From Propionicimonas sp. (GTDB lineage: Bacteria > Actinomycetota > Actinomycetes > Propionibacteriales > Propionibacteriaceae): a stretch of 43,276 bases of DNA. The notes beneath the pieces are model-generated. The model saw nothing but the letters and a program-made list of their open reading frames with translations, had not been told where the DNA came from and did no database searches. Shown here piece after piece: positions 9,144 to 19,135 of the stretch. The stretch is taken from assembly GCA_049688555.1 (NCBI GenBank), contig JBAVKY010000025.1, forward strand, positions 1-43,276. The letters run 5' to 3'. The position numbers were made by a program, and so were the translations under genes. Position 1 is the first letter of the stretch, and each line of letters begins with the position of its first letter.

Positions 9144-9866
9144 TCAGTGGCCCATACCCAGGCCGCCATCGACCGGGATGACGGCGCCAGAAATGTAGCT
9201 GGCCTCGCTGCTTGCCAGGTAGGCGACCGCTGCGGCCACCTCGTCGACCTGACCGAGTCGCCCCACCGGGATGGACGCGAGGTACTTCGCGATCATGTCC
9301 TCGCTCAGGCCAGCGGTCATATCGGTTTCGATGAAGCCCGGGGCCACCACGTTGGCGGTCACCCCACGGCCTCCCAGCTCGCGCGTCAGCGAGCGGGCCA
9401 TGCCGACCAGGGCAGCCTTGCTCGCGGAGTAGTTGACCTGCCCGGCGGAGCCGTAGAGGCCCACCACCGAACCGGTGAAGATGATGCGTCCGAAACGGCC
9501 ACGGATCATCGAGCGGGCCGCACGCTTCGCGACGTGAAACGAGCCGGTCAGGTTGACGTCCAGCACCGAAGCCCAGTCGGCTTCGCTCATGCGCAGGATG
9601 AGGGTGTCCTTCGTGATCCCGGCGTTCGCGACCAGTACCTCCACCGCACCGTGTGCGGCCTCGGCTTCCTTGAAGGCCGCGTCCACCTGGGCGGCGTCGG
9701 ACACGTCGCAGGCGATCCCCAGCGCCCCGGACGGTGCCTCGCCTCCCCGGCTCAGGGCGGCCACCCGGTGGCCATCGGCCACGAATCGCTCAACGATGGC
9801 GCGTCCGATCCCCCGGTTGCCACCGGTGACGAGGACGCTGCGTAGGGGGGTTTCGGAAACAGTCAC
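9144..9866 (-). CDS. fabG: 3-oxoacyl-ACP reductase FabG
   Basis: VTGGNRGIG, ANAGITKD, NYSASK, APGFIETDMT. Directly upstream of fabI. Confidence 0.95.
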   Translation of the reverse strand: MTVSETPLRSVLVTGGNRGIGRAIVERFVADGHRVAALSRGGEAPSGALGIACDVSDAAQVDAAFKEAEAAHGAVEVLVANAGITKDTLILRMSEADWASVLDVNLTGSFHVAKRAARSMIRGRFGRIIFTGSVVGLYGSAGQVNYSASKAALVGMARSLTRELGGRGVTANVVAPGFIETDMTAGLSEDMIAKYLASIPVGRLGQVDEVAAAVAYLASSEASYISGAVIPVDGGLGMGH

Positions 9867-9956
9867 GGCCGCAACGCTATCGGCTGGGGCCCCCTGCGCC
9901 CACTCCGAACCGCACAGAATGCGTGAGGCTTCCTTGTCCGATCTAGGCTGGAGGAC

Positions 9957-10283
9957 GTGAGCCGGAGCCGGGAGCGGGACCAGACAGCGCTGATCACCAG
10001 CGCGCGGTTCAGCCGGTCGTTGGACACCGACCAGCGACGCACCCGCTACCTGTGGACGATGGCGCTCCGGGTCGCCTGCTTCTTGGCCGCCACCGTGACC
10101 CCGCTGCCGTGGAACCTGGGGCTGCTGGTGGCGGCCGCGGTGCTGCCCGCGCTCGCGGTGATGCTGGCCAACGCGATCGACCTGCGCTCGGCCCCTCCGG
10201 CGGCCGGGGCCAACGACCTGACCCGCCCCGCGCTGACCAGTTCCCAAACCGTTCCCGGAACGGTAGTGGACGAGACCGCATGA
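9957..10283 (+). CDS. DUF3099-type small membrane protein
   Basis: LITSA...R.RRYL.TM.LR..C...LP..AV.LAN pattern. Usual position divergent from fabG, before SURF1. Confidence 0.8.
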   Translation: MSRSRERDQTALITSARFSRSLDTDQRRTRYLWTMALRVACFLAATVTPLPWNLGLLVAAAVLPALAVMLANAIDLRSAPPAAGANDLTRPALTSSQTVPGTVVDETA

Positions 10284-11074
10284 GAAGCCTGCTCAACAAG
10301 CCCATGGGGGTAACGTCCGGCGGCCCGCGCCTCTGGCCTCGCTGGCTTGCGCTCGCGGCGGTCGTGATCGGGCTGGTCGTCGCCTTCGTCAACCTTGGCA
10401 ACTGGCAGTTGAGCAGGCTGGAACAGCGCCGGGAGCGCAACGAGGTGGTCGTTCAGCACGAGCGCTCCCCGATCCTCGACTTCGCCGAGGTGTTCGGTCG
10501 TCCGATAACGGAGGCCGACCAGTGGCAGAAGGTCCGGGTCACCGGGACCTTCGATGCCGGCCACCAGTACGTCGTCCGGTATCGCTCGAATGCCGGAACG
10601 ACCGGCTATGAGATCCTCGGCGTGCTGCAGACCGACGACGGACGGCGCCTGCTGGTCAGCCGCGGTTTCGCGGAGCGGCCGGCGGGGCAGGACTTCCCGA
10701 GGGTCGCCCCCCCACCGCCCGCCGGCACCGTGACGATCGTCGGCACCGTCCGACGCAACGAGGCCGGCGACGACAACGCCACCGTCCCCGATCAAGGCGC
10801 GATCCGGCTGATCAACTCCGTGGCGATCGGCACGACGTTGCCGTACCCGGTCCTGGAGGGCTACCTGGGGGTGGTGGAGATCGCCCCGGCGGATCCCGCC
10901 GGCCTCGTCCCGGTTGAACCCCCTGACCCGAACGAGGGCAACCACTTCTCCTATGCGCTTCAATGGTTCTCATTCAGCGGGTTAGCTGCCCTCGGCCTTG
11001 TGCTCATGATCCGATCAGATGTGAAGGCGAAGCAGCGGGAACGGCCCGCCCCAGCGCGCGAGGAGGCGCCGTGA
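10280..11074 (+). CDS. SURF1/Shy1 family protein
   Basis: LGNWQLSRL, VRVTGTFD, LLVSRGF, NHFSYALQWF. ATGA overlap with the previous gene. Confidence 0.92.
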   Translation: MRSLLNKPMGVTSGGPRLWPRWLALAAVVIGLVVAFVNLGNWQLSRLEQRRERNEVVVQHERSPILDFAEVFGRPITEADQWQKVRVTGTFDAGHQYVVRYRSNAGTTGYEILGVLQTDDGRRLLVSRGFAERPAGQDFPRVAPPPPAGTVTIVGTVRRNEAGDDNATVPDQGAIRLINSVAIGTTLPYPVLEGYLGVVEIAPADPAGLVPVEPPDPNEGNHFSYALQWFSFSGLAALGLVLMIRSDVKAKQRERPAPAREEAP

Positions 11075-11838
11075 AGCGATTGGTCCTGACAGTTCTGGCG
11101 ATGGCAGGCCTGCTGGTCGCCTGTACGTCGGTGGTCCCGGCGAGCCCGACCCCCACCATCAAGGGCACCTCGTGGTTGGTGACGTCGATCCACGGCACCC
11201 CGGTTCTCGCCGCCGCCCAGCCGACGATTGACTTTGGCGGGGACCTGACGGTGTCTGGGAGCACCGGCTGCAACCGGTTCACCGGCGGCTACGCGACCTC
11301 CGGCTCAAAGCTGGCGGTCGGACCGGTGGCGATGACGATGATGGCGTGCACCGATGTGGGTGTCATGGAACAGGAGGCCGCTTTCTCCCAGGCACTCTCC
11401 GCCACTTCCTCCTTCCGCGGCGACAGTGAGCAGCTTGAGTTGCTCGACAAGAGTGGCGGGGTGGTCCTTGAGCTCACCCCTGCACCGCCCGTCCCCGAGA
11501 CCCTGCTGCTGGGCACCACCTGGAAGCTGTCGGGGATCGTGGCGAATGAGGCCGTCAGTTCACCGGTGGCAGGCAACGACGTCACGATGGTGCTGACCGA
11601 GGGCGCGATCACCGGCAAGGCCTGCAACACCTTCCGCGGCCAGGCCACGATCACCGGGACGTCGATCAAGGTCGGCCCACTGATGAGCACGAAGATGGCG
11701 TGCCCTAACGAGGCCGCCACTGCCCAAGAGACGGCGGTGCTGATGATTCTGGAAGCGGCCACCACCCTGACCCAGGAGGGCGCCACGCTGACCCTGACCG
11801 CCGCCGACGGCAAGGCGCTGCAGTTCACCGCTGCCTGA
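11071..11838 (+). CDS. META-domain (HslJ-like) lipoprotein, two META domains
   Basis: Lipobox LVAC. Two repeats of W.....G...CN.F.G......T.MAC....QE. GGAGG SD. Confidence 0.88.
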   Translation: MKRLVLTVLAMAGLLVACTSVVPASPTPTIKGTSWLVTSIHGTPVLAAAQPTIDFGGDLTVSGSTGCNRFTGGYATSGSKLAVGPVAMTMMACTDVGVMEQEAAFSQALSATSSFRGDSEQLELLDKSGGVVLELTPAPPVPETLLLGTTWKLSGIVANEAVSSPVAGNDVTMVLTEGAITGKACNTFRGQATITGTSIKVGPLMSTKMACPNEAATAQETAVLMILEAATTLTQEGATLTLTAADGKALQFTAA

Positions 11839-11840
11839 CC

Positions 11841-12677
11841 ATGGCGCTGCGTGCTGCGGTTGGGTTGCTGGCCTGTCCTCACTGTGGGCACGAGATGGGG
11901 CTGACCCCCGCGGCGGCGGTCTGCGACTCCGGACACAGCTTCGACATCGCTCGGCAGGGTTACCTCAACCTGCTGGGCGGACCACAGCCGTCCAACGCGG
12001 ACACGCCCGCGATGCTCGCCGCGCGGGCACGGGTACTGGAGTCGGGGTGCTTCGACCCCTTGTTCGAGATGGTGGCCGCCGCCGCCCGCGGCGGTCGGGC
12101 GATCCTCGAGGTCGGTGCTGGCACTGCCCACTACTTGCGCGGCGCGCTGGGCGACGACCCTGGGCACCGGGGCATTGCGCTGGATGTCTCGACGGCTGCG
12201 GCCAAGCGGGCGGCACAGGCGGACGTGCGGATCGCGGCAGTGGTGTCGGATGTCTGGAAGCCGCTGCCGCTGCGCGATCGGAGCGTTGACGTGGTGCTGG
12301 CGGTCTTTGCGCCCCGCAACCTGACTGAGTTCGCCCGCGTCCTCACCGCGGAGGGACGACTGGTGGTCGCCGTCCCCAACCCCGGGCACCTGGCAGGGCT
12401 GCGTGCCCGCGAAGGATTGCTCGACATCGAACCGGAGAAGGAGGGACGCCTCCTCGCGGCTGCCAGCGAGTTCTTCACCAAGGTCGCCACGTCACGGGCC
12501 CGGCACCGGCTTGACCTGACCGCCACCGAAGCAGCGGACCTGGTCGCCATGGGCCCGAACGCCTTCCATCATTCGCCTGCCGCCATGGCTGGCCTCGCCG
12601 ACACCTTCGACGTGACGGTCCATGTGTTCGAGCAGCTGCGCCACGACAGCCCGCCAGGCACGAGAATGACCCCATGA
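11841..12677 (+). CDS. RlmA-like 23S rRNA (guanine-N1) methyltransferase
   Basis: Zn finger CPHC...CDSGHSFDIARQGYLNLL, DTPAMLAAR, SAM motif EVGAGTAHY, VFAPRN, MGPNAFH. Confidence 0.82.
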   Translation: MALRAAVGLLACPHCGHEMGLTPAAAVCDSGHSFDIARQGYLNLLGGPQPSNADTPAMLAARARVLESGCFDPLFEMVAAAARGGRAILEVGAGTAHYLRGALGDDPGHRGIALDVSTAAAKRAAQADVRIAAVVSDVWKPLPLRDRSVDVVLAVFAPRNLTEFARVLTAEGRLVVAVPNPGHLAGLRAREGLLDIEPEKEGRLLAAASEFFTKVATSRARHRLDLTATEAADLVAMGPNAFHHSPAAMAGLADTFDVTVHVFEQLRHDSPPGTRMTP

Positions 12678-13888
12678 CCTGGCCCACACCCGCCGCGGCC
12701 GAACTCTTGACCGAGCTGACCCGGCATTTGGACGAGATGATGCCGCAGGCCAACATCCTGCGCCGTGAGATCCACCGGCATCCGGACCTTGGTGAGGGTG
12801 AGCGGGCCACGGTTGACCGACTCCGCAAGGCGATGCCCGGCATGAAGGCCACTCGGGTCGCCGACACGGGGTTCCTGACCAGGGTCGGTTCCCCCAGCGG
12901 CCCGGCGGTGGCGGTTCGCGCCGAACTGGACGCCCTCCCCCTCACTGAGGAGACCGGGGTCCCCTGGGCATCGGTGAGTCCTGGCGTGATGCACGCCTGC
13001 GGCCACGACGTCCACATGGCGGCCACGTGGGCCCTGCTGCAGGCTGCCCGCAAGGTCGCCCACTTACCGGTGGGGCTGCTCGGGGTATTCCAGCCCCGCG
13101 AAGAGGTCCAGCCCTGCGGCGGCGCCGACGTGGTGGCCTCGGCCGCCCTCGCGGATCACGATGTCAAGGCGGTGATCGGCGCCCACGTCCAGCCCAGGGT
13201 GCCGGCCGGCGTGGTGAGTACCGGGACAGGCGGGGTCAACGCGGCCGCGGACGCCTTCGACATCGTGATCCACGGCCAGCCCGGTCACGGGGCCTACCCT
13301 CACCTCACCATCGACCCGATTCCCGTCCTCGCCAGCATCGTGCTCGGCCTCCAGGAACTGGTGGGCCGCACCATCGATCCCGTCCATCCGGCCCTGATCA
13401 CCGTCGGCAAGGTCACCGGCGGAACGGCCCACAACATCATTCCGGCCAGCGCCTCCCTCCACGGCATCATCCGCACGATGCACAGCGCGGACCAGGAACA
13501 CCTGCACGAGTCCGTCCGCCATCTGGCCGAGTTCACCGCGCGCGCCCGCGGCGCCCGCGCCGAGGTGACGATCATCGTCGGCGACCCGGTTCTGAGCAAT
13601 GACACCCGGCTGGTGCAGACCGTCGACGGCCTGCTGCAGACGACCGGGATGCTCGTGGCACACCAACCGTTCCGATCCCTGGGGGCGGACGACTTCGCGC
13701 ACTACGCGCGGGTGGCTCCCATCCTGATGATGTTCGTCGGCACTGGGCACGGCCCGACCACGGACGGTCGCCACGAGATCGGGCTGCACCACCCGCACTA
13801 TCTGCCCGGGGAGGATGCCGTCCGTCGGACGGCGCTGGCGCTGGCCGCAGGTTTCGTGGGAGGGGCCCACATCGCTGGAGCGGTGTAG
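12674..13888 (+). CDS. M20 family amidohydrolase
   Basis: HRHPDL, RAELDALP, MHACGHDVH, FQPREE, GHGAYPH, ADDF, LHHP. Confidence 0.92.
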   Translation: MTWPTPAAAELLTELTRHLDEMMPQANILRREIHRHPDLGEGERATVDRLRKAMPGMKATRVADTGFLTRVGSPSGPAVAVRAELDALPLTEETGVPWASVSPGVMHACGHDVHMAATWALLQAARKVAHLPVGLLGVFQPREEVQPCGGADVVASAALADHDVKAVIGAHVQPRVPAGVVSTGTGGVNAAADAFDIVIHGQPGHGAYPHLTIDPIPVLASIVLGLQELVGRTIDPVHPALITVGKVTGGTAHNIIPASASLHGIIRTMHSADQEHLHESVRHLAEFTARARGARAEVTIIVGDPVLSNDTRLVQTVDGLLQTTGMLVAHQPFRSLGADDFAHYARVAPILMMFVGTGHGPTTDGRHEIGLHHPHYLPGEDAVRRTALALAAGFVGGAHIAGAV

Positions 13889-13930
13889 CAGCCGCCTGCG
13901 CCCACCGGCCCGCTCGACGTCAACGTGCGT

Positions 13931-15529
13931 TCAGGCGAGCGAGATCAGCTCGGCGTACTCGGGATTCCAGAGGTCCTCGATGCCGTCGGGCAACACCAGG
14001 ACACGATCCGGGTCGAGCGCCTCAACCGCGCCCTCGTCGTGGGTCACCAGCACGACCGCGCCGGCGTAGGTTCGGATGGCCTCCAGCACCTCACGCCGCG
14101 AGGCCGGGTCGAGGTTGTTCGTGGGCTCGTCCAGCAACAGGACGTTAGCCGCCGACACCACCAGCATGGCCAGCGCCAAGCGCGTCTTCTCCCCGCCCGA
14201 GAGCACCCGGGCCGGCTTGTCCACATCGTCGCCGCTGAACAAGAACGATCCGAGGATCTTGCGCACCTCGGTCTCGTTGAGATCGGGTGAGGCCGACACC
14301 ATGTTCTCCAGCACCGAGCGTGACACGTCCAGCGTCTCGTGCTCCTGGGCGTAGTACCCCAGGCGCAGGCCGTGGCCGTGCCGCACCTCACCGGTGTCCG
14401 GCTCCTCGATCCCAGCCAGGATGCGCAGCAGGGTGGTCTTGCCGGCGCCGTTGAGCCCCAGCACGACGACCTGGGAACCCCGGTCGATGGCCAGGTCGAC
14501 GGCGGTGAATACTTCCAGCGAGCCGTAGGACTTGCTGAGTTCCTCAGCGGTGAGTGGGGTCTTGCCACAGTGGGCCGGCTTCGGGAAGCGGATCTTGGCC
14601 ACCTTGTCCGCAGCCCGGGTCTCCTCGAGCCCGGCGAGCAACTTCTCGGCCCGCTTGGCCATGTTCTGTGCCGCGACGGCCTTGGTGGCCTTGGCCCGCA
14701 TCTTGTCAGCCTGGGCCAGCAGCGTCTCCGCCTTGCGTTCGGCGTTGGCCCGTTCCCGCTTGCGGCGCTTCTCATCGGTTTCCCGTTGCAGCAGGTACCG
14801 CTTCCAGTCCATCGCGTACACGTCCAACTCGGCACGGTTGGCGTCCAGGTGGAAGACCTTGTTGACGATCGTCTCGAGCAGTCCCACCTCGTGGGAGATG
14901 ATCAGCAGACCGCCGGAATAGCTGGCGAGATAGCTCCGCAGCCACACGATCGAGTCCGCGTCCAAGTGGTTGGTCGGCTCGTCCAGCAGCAGGGTGTCAG
15001 CGCCCGAGAACAGGATGCGCGCCAGCTCGACCCGGCGGCGCTGCCCTCCCGACAAGGTGCGCAACTGCTGACCGAGAACGCGATCGGGCAGCCCCAAGTT
15101 GGCGGCGATCCGGGCGGCCTCCGCCTCCGCGGCATAACCACCCGCAGCCGCCAATTCCGCCTCCGCGCGCGTGTACGACCTCATCGCCGCCTCCTGCTCG
15201 GCGCCGGTAGCCTCCGACATCGCGGTGGCGTAGCGGCTCAATCGCAGCAAGATCCCGTCCAGGCCACGGGCCGAGAGGATCCGGTCCTTGGCGAGTTGGT
15301 CAAGATCACCAGTGCGGGGGTCCTGGGGCAGGTACCCGATCTGCCCGGTACGGGTCACCTGGCCGGCCGCCGGGAGTGACTCACCGGCCAGGATGCGGGT
15401 CAGCGTGGTCTTTCCGGCGCCGTTGCGTCCCACCAGTCCGATCCGGTCTCCGGCTGCCACCTGGAAGCTGACCGGGGTCAACAATTGCCGGGCTCCAGCC
15501 CGTACCTCTACTTCGCGCGCCACCAACAT
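13931..15529 (-). CDS. ABC-F family ATPase
   Basis: Two NBDs (GRNGAGKTT/LSGGQ/DEPTNHLD and GLNGAGKTT/LSGGE/DEPTNNLD) joined by a charged linker. No TM segments. Confidence 0.95.
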   Translation of the reverse strand: MLVAREVEVRAGARQLLTPVSFQVAAGDRIGLVGRNGAGKTTLTRILAGESLPAAGQVTRTGQIGYLPQDPRTGDLDQLAKDRILSARGLDGILLRLSRYATAMSEATGAEQEAAMRSYTRAEAELAAAGGYAAEAEAARIAANLGLPDRVLGQQLRTLSGGQRRRVELARILFSGADTLLLDEPTNHLDADSIVWLRSYLASYSGGLLIISHEVGLLETIVNKVFHLDANRAELDVYAMDWKRYLLQRETDEKRRKRERANAERKAETLLAQADKMRAKATKAVAAQNMAKRAEKLLAGLEETRAADKVAKIRFPKPAHCGKTPLTAEELSKSYGSLEVFTAVDLAIDRGSQVVVLGLNGAGKTTLLRILAGIEEPDTGEVRHGHGLRLGYYAQEHETLDVSRSVLENMVSASPDLNETEVRKILGSFLFSGDDVDKPARVLSGGEKTRLALAMLVVSAANVLLLDEPTNNLDPASRREVLEAIRTYAGAVVLVTHDEGAVEALDPDRVLVLPDGIEDLWNPEYAELISLA

Positions 15530-15582
15530 CGTTGTTCGATCCTCCCCCGTTCACCGGGGCCGGGTCAAAACAGCCGTTGAGC

Positions 15583-16779
15583 TCAGGCGAGACTACTGTC
15601 CTCGGGCGGGGTCAGCTTCGCGTCCTGCTTGGGAAAGTAGAGTTCCTCGATGAGCATCAGGATCGCGGCCGTCACCGGCACGGCGATGAGGGCGCCGAGC
15701 AGCCCCAGCAGCGTGCCGCCGACCAGCGCCCCGATGATCACCAGCGAACCAGGAATCGAGATCTGCTTGCTCATGATCTTCGGGGTCATCACGTAGGCCT
15801 CCACTTGCATGTAGGCGAAATAGATGATCGAGAAGGTGAGGCCCAGCCACCACGAGTCGAAGAAGCATGCGATCGAGGCGATGATCCAGAAGGTCACCGG
15901 CCCGATCATGGGGATCATGGTGATGAAGAGCGCCAGGACCGCCAGCAGGGCAGCGAACCGGTAGCCGAGAACGGTGAGCAGAATGAACGCGAAGACCGCG
16001 TTCGCCAGCGCCAGGATGAACATGCCGGTGACGTAGCTGCCCACCGATTCGGTGATCTGCTCGGTGAGCTTGGCGACCTTCGGACGGGCGTAGGCCGGCG
16101 CGAGCCGGTACATGGCGGCCTTCATGCCGCGCAGCGAGGACAGGAAGTACAAGGTGATGATGAGCACGAACATCGCTCCGGTCACCCCTTCCAGGATGCC
16201 CGAACCGACCGCGAGCGCCCCGCCGGCGATGGCCAGGAGGTTCGACGGGTTCGACAGGTAGCTGCGAACCTGGGTCAGGATGTCGCCGACGATTTGCTCA
16301 TTGCCGGTCATGGCCACCAGTTGGGTCAGCCAGTCCGAGGTCTGCAGGTTGCTGATGTAGCCGGGCACGGCCTGGGCGAACCCCACCACCTGTTGGATCG
16401 TCAGCGGCAACACGATCGCCATCAGGCCACCCATCAACACGGCGAACACGACGAACACCACGGCGATGCTGAGTCCCCGCGACATCTTCCGGTTCTCCAG
16501 CCAGCGCACCAACGGGTCGAGGGCGAGCGCCATGAACAGCGAGACGCCGACGTACACCAGCACGCTGGACAGCGATACCACGGCGCCGCTGATCGCCCAC
16601 GCCGTCAGCGCCCCGAAGGCGACCGTGAGCCCCCAGATGAACGGGTGACCCAAGTCAGTCAGCACCCGGTGCCTCGGGGTCGCGGGAGCAGGCACTCCCG
16701 GGGGGGCAGTGACGTGCGTCACGGCGCCGTCGGGCGCGCCCTGCGCGGTCGCGTCGGCCAGGGTCTCCGGATTTTTCAT
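15583..16779 (-). CDS. AI-2E (PerM/UPF0118) family transporter
   Basis: ALALDPLVRWL, IPMIGP, QVEAYVMTPKIM, GALIAVP. ATG 6 nt after TACGCT. Confidence 0.92.
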   Translation of the reverse strand: MKNPETLADATAQGAPDGAVTHVTAPPGVPAPATPRHRVLTDLGHPFIWGLTVAFGALTAWAISGAVVSLSSVLVYVGVSLFMALALDPLVRWLENRKMSRGLSIAVVFVVFAVLMGGLMAIVLPLTIQQVVGFAQAVPGYISNLQTSDWLTQLVAMTGNEQIVGDILTQVRSYLSNPSNLLAIAGGALAVGSGILEGVTGAMFVLIITLYFLSSLRGMKAAMYRLAPAYARPKVAKLTEQITESVGSYVTGMFILALANAVFAFILLTVLGYRFAALLAVLALFITMIPMIGPVTFWIIASIACFFDSWWLGLTFSIIYFAYMQVEAYVMTPKIMSKQISIPGSLVIIGALVGGTLLGLLGALIAVPVTAAILMLIEELYFPKQDAKLTPPEDSSLA

Positions 16780-16864
16780 GGGTCGAGCGTAGGGCCTGGT
16801 TCGGTGCACCGAACTCACCACCGCGCACTGGACGGGAGCCTGCGTCGCTTCTAACCGCTGACGA

Positions 16865-17662
16865 TCAGCGCAACTGGGTCAGTGCCACCGAGTCGTCCAG
16901 GGAGAACGCGGACGCCACTGCTGTCACTTCAAGGCCTGTCAGCTCCACCGCGCCGCCGAAGGTGGTCAGGAAAGCGGTGTCCGCGGCGTCGCGCCCGGTC
17001 GCGATTCGCACCAGGCTCTGCCGAGGGGCGCGCTGGGTGGCGTCGACCACCCACCACACGTCATCGACCAGGGCTTCACAGACCGCGTGGTATTCCATCG
17101 GGGTCAGTCCGGGGGCGTAGACCGCCGCCAACCTCGCTGGGACGTTCAGCGCCCGCAACAGGGCAATCGACAGGTGCGAGAAGTCGCGGCAGACGCCCTG
17201 GCGAGTCAGCAGCGTGCTGATGGCGCTGTCGGTCGGCAGGCTGGAACCACTCACGTAGCGCAGGTGGCCGTTCACCCAGATGACGATGGCCCGCAGCAGG
17301 TTGAGACCGCTCAGTCCGGCGAATTCCGCGGTAGCGGTCGGTACCAACGAGTCCGACTCGCAATAGCGGCTCGGACGCAGGTACCGGATCCGGTCCGCCG
17401 GTCGCACGGGGGCCGACGAAGCGAGCCCCGCTACGACCGCCTCATAATCGACGACCACCCGCCCGGATCCGACCTCCAGCACGTGCAGCCGGGTGCCGTG
17501 GTCGTCGAGGACCTCGGTGGGCTTGACCGGTGAGCCGTCGGCGGTGATCCGCAGCGACTCGGAAGCAAGCGGGACGCCGTCCGCGACCGCTATGGACACG
17601 ACGAGCTGGCTGGCACCGCTGACTTGAAGGTCGAGGTGGCTGGTGACGACGCGCTGCTGCAT
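16865..17662 (-). CDS. Transglutaminase-like family protein
   Basis: YLRPSRYCESD; Cys-His-Asp triad GVCRDFSH / YHAVCE / VDAT; ATGRDAADTAF. Confidence 0.9.
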   Translation of the reverse strand: MQQRVVTSHLDLQVSGASQLVVSIAVADGVPLASESLRITADGSPVKPTEVLDDHGTRLHVLEVGSGRVVVDYEAVVAGLASSAPVRPADRIRYLRPSRYCESDSLVPTATAEFAGLSGLNLLRAIVIWVNGHLRYVSGSSLPTDSAISTLLTRQGVCRDFSHLSIALLRALNVPARLAAVYAPGLTPMEYHAVCEALVDDVWWVVDATQRAPRQSLVRIATGRDAADTAFLTTFGGAVELTGLEVTAVASAFSLDDSVALTQLR

Positions 17663-17735
17663 GCCCCCATCCTGGCAGCCGCACCAAGGACTAGGCTGCC
17701 CAGGTGTGGCGGGGACCCACCCCCGAGGAGAGGCA

Positions 17736-18662
17736 GTGACGGTGAGCGGCCATTCGGTACAGGCGCCGGCCAGCGTGATCATGGTGCGACCCCACCACTT
17801 CGTGCTCAACCCCGAAACCGGCGCCGACAACGCGTTTCAATCAGGCTCTCGGCTTCGGGCAGCGGAACTTTCGCGAGCTGCATTGGCCGAGTTCGACGCC
17901 GCCGTGGAGCGGCTCTCCAAGGCGGGGGTACGCGTCCACGTTTTCGACGACCGGGGCACGGACACCCCCGACTCGGTGTTCCCCAACAACTGGTTCTCCA
18001 CCCATCATGGCGGACGGGTCGCGATCTACCCGATGTACGCACCGAGCCGGCGGCGGGAGCGGCGGGCCGATGTGATCGAACTGTTGAAGCGGGATTACCG
18101 CGTCCAGGAGGTGATCGACTACTCCGGCCTGGAGTACGACGGCCTTTTCCTGGAGGGCACCGGGGCCATGGTCTTCGACCACGCCGAGCGGGTCGCCTAC
18201 GTCGCATCGTCGGCCCGTGCGGATCCGATCCTGCTGGAGCGATTCTGCACCGCCTTCGGCTACGAACCGATGGTCTTCCCGACCGCCGACCCGGACGGAC
18301 GACCGATCTACCACACCAACGTGCTGCTGAGCATCGGCACCGACATGGCGATCGTGTGCCTCGACGCCATCACCGAACCGCTGCGCCGAGTCGAGGTCGA
18401 GAACCGACTTGCCGACAGCGGTCACGCCCTGGTCCCGCTGTCGTGGTCGCAAGTGGGCGAATTCGCCGGGAACGCTATCGAACTGAGCGGACGCCACCGA
18501 ATCCTCGTGCTCTCGGAACGGGCGGCCAGGGCGCTAACCCCGGCCCAGGTGGCGACGATCGAGCAGAGCGCGGAATTGGTGACGCTGCAGCTGCCCACCA
18601 TCGAACTGGCTGGGGGTTCAGCCCGCTGCATGATCGCCGGCATTCACCTCACGCATCGCTGA
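17736..18662 (+). CDS. ctlX: Amidinotransferase-fold (pentein) hydrolase, CtlX-like
   Basis: VIMVRPHHF, PDSVFPNNWFST, LEGTGAMVFD, IYHTNV, IELAGGSARCMIA. SD GAGGAG. Confidence 0.82.
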   Translation: MTVSGHSVQAPASVIMVRPHHFVLNPETGADNAFQSGSRLRAAELSRAALAEFDAAVERLSKAGVRVHVFDDRGTDTPDSVFPNNWFSTHHGGRVAIYPMYAPSRRRERRADVIELLKRDYRVQEVIDYSGLEYDGLFLEGTGAMVFDHAERVAYVASSARADPILLERFCTAFGYEPMVFPTADPDGRPIYHTNVLLSIGTDMAIVCLDAITEPLRRVEVENRLADSGHALVPLSWSQVGEFAGNAIELSGRHRILVLSERAARALTPAQVATIEQSAELVTLQLPTIELAGGSARCMIAGIHLTHR

Positions 18663-18760
18663 CCCGCGGCCTTCGTCCACTCCACCGTCGCTCGAGGATC
18701 CGCGATCGCCGCAGCGGTCTGCCTACGCGCAAGGTGCGGTGGTGACAGCTCTCCAGCGCC

Positions 18761-19135
18761 CTACAGGTTGTAACCGATCGAGCGCAGCTGCTCCCGCCCG
18801 TCCTCGGTGATGTTCTCCAACGTCCACGGCGGCAGCCAGACCCAGTTGATGGTCGCCCCACTGACCAGCCCTTCGAGTGCGAGCTGGGTGTCGTACTCCA
18901 GCCGATCCGTGAGCGGACAGGTGGGCGAGGTCAGCGTCATGTCGATCGTCGCGAAGTTGTTCTCGTCGATGGTGACGCCGTACACCAGGCCGAGGTCGAC
19001 GACGTTGACCATCAACTCCGGGTCGACGACGTCCATCATGGCCTCCAGCACCTCCTCCTCGGTGGGACGCGACCTCGGCACCTGATCGGGGAGAGTGTCG
19101 TTGACCAAGTCGGACGGCCGTGGGTTCTGACTCAT
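18761..19135 (-). CDS. sufT: DUF59/SufT metal-sulfur cluster assembly factor
   Basis: VVDPELMVNVVDLGLVY, MTLTSPTCP, WVWLPPW. Last gene of the suf operon. Confidence 0.9.
   Translation of the reverse strand: MSQNPRPSDLVNDTLPDQVPRSRPTEEEVLEAMMDVVDPELMVNVVDLGLVYGVTIDENNFATIDMTLTSPTCPLTDRLEYDTQLALEGLVSGATINWVWLPPWTLENITEDGREQLRSIGYNL

Noticed and set aside
13931..15529. ABC-F as an antibiotic-resistance gene
   Set aside because: Core-like position with no leader peptide or mobile context. The subfamily cannot be assigned without HMMs.
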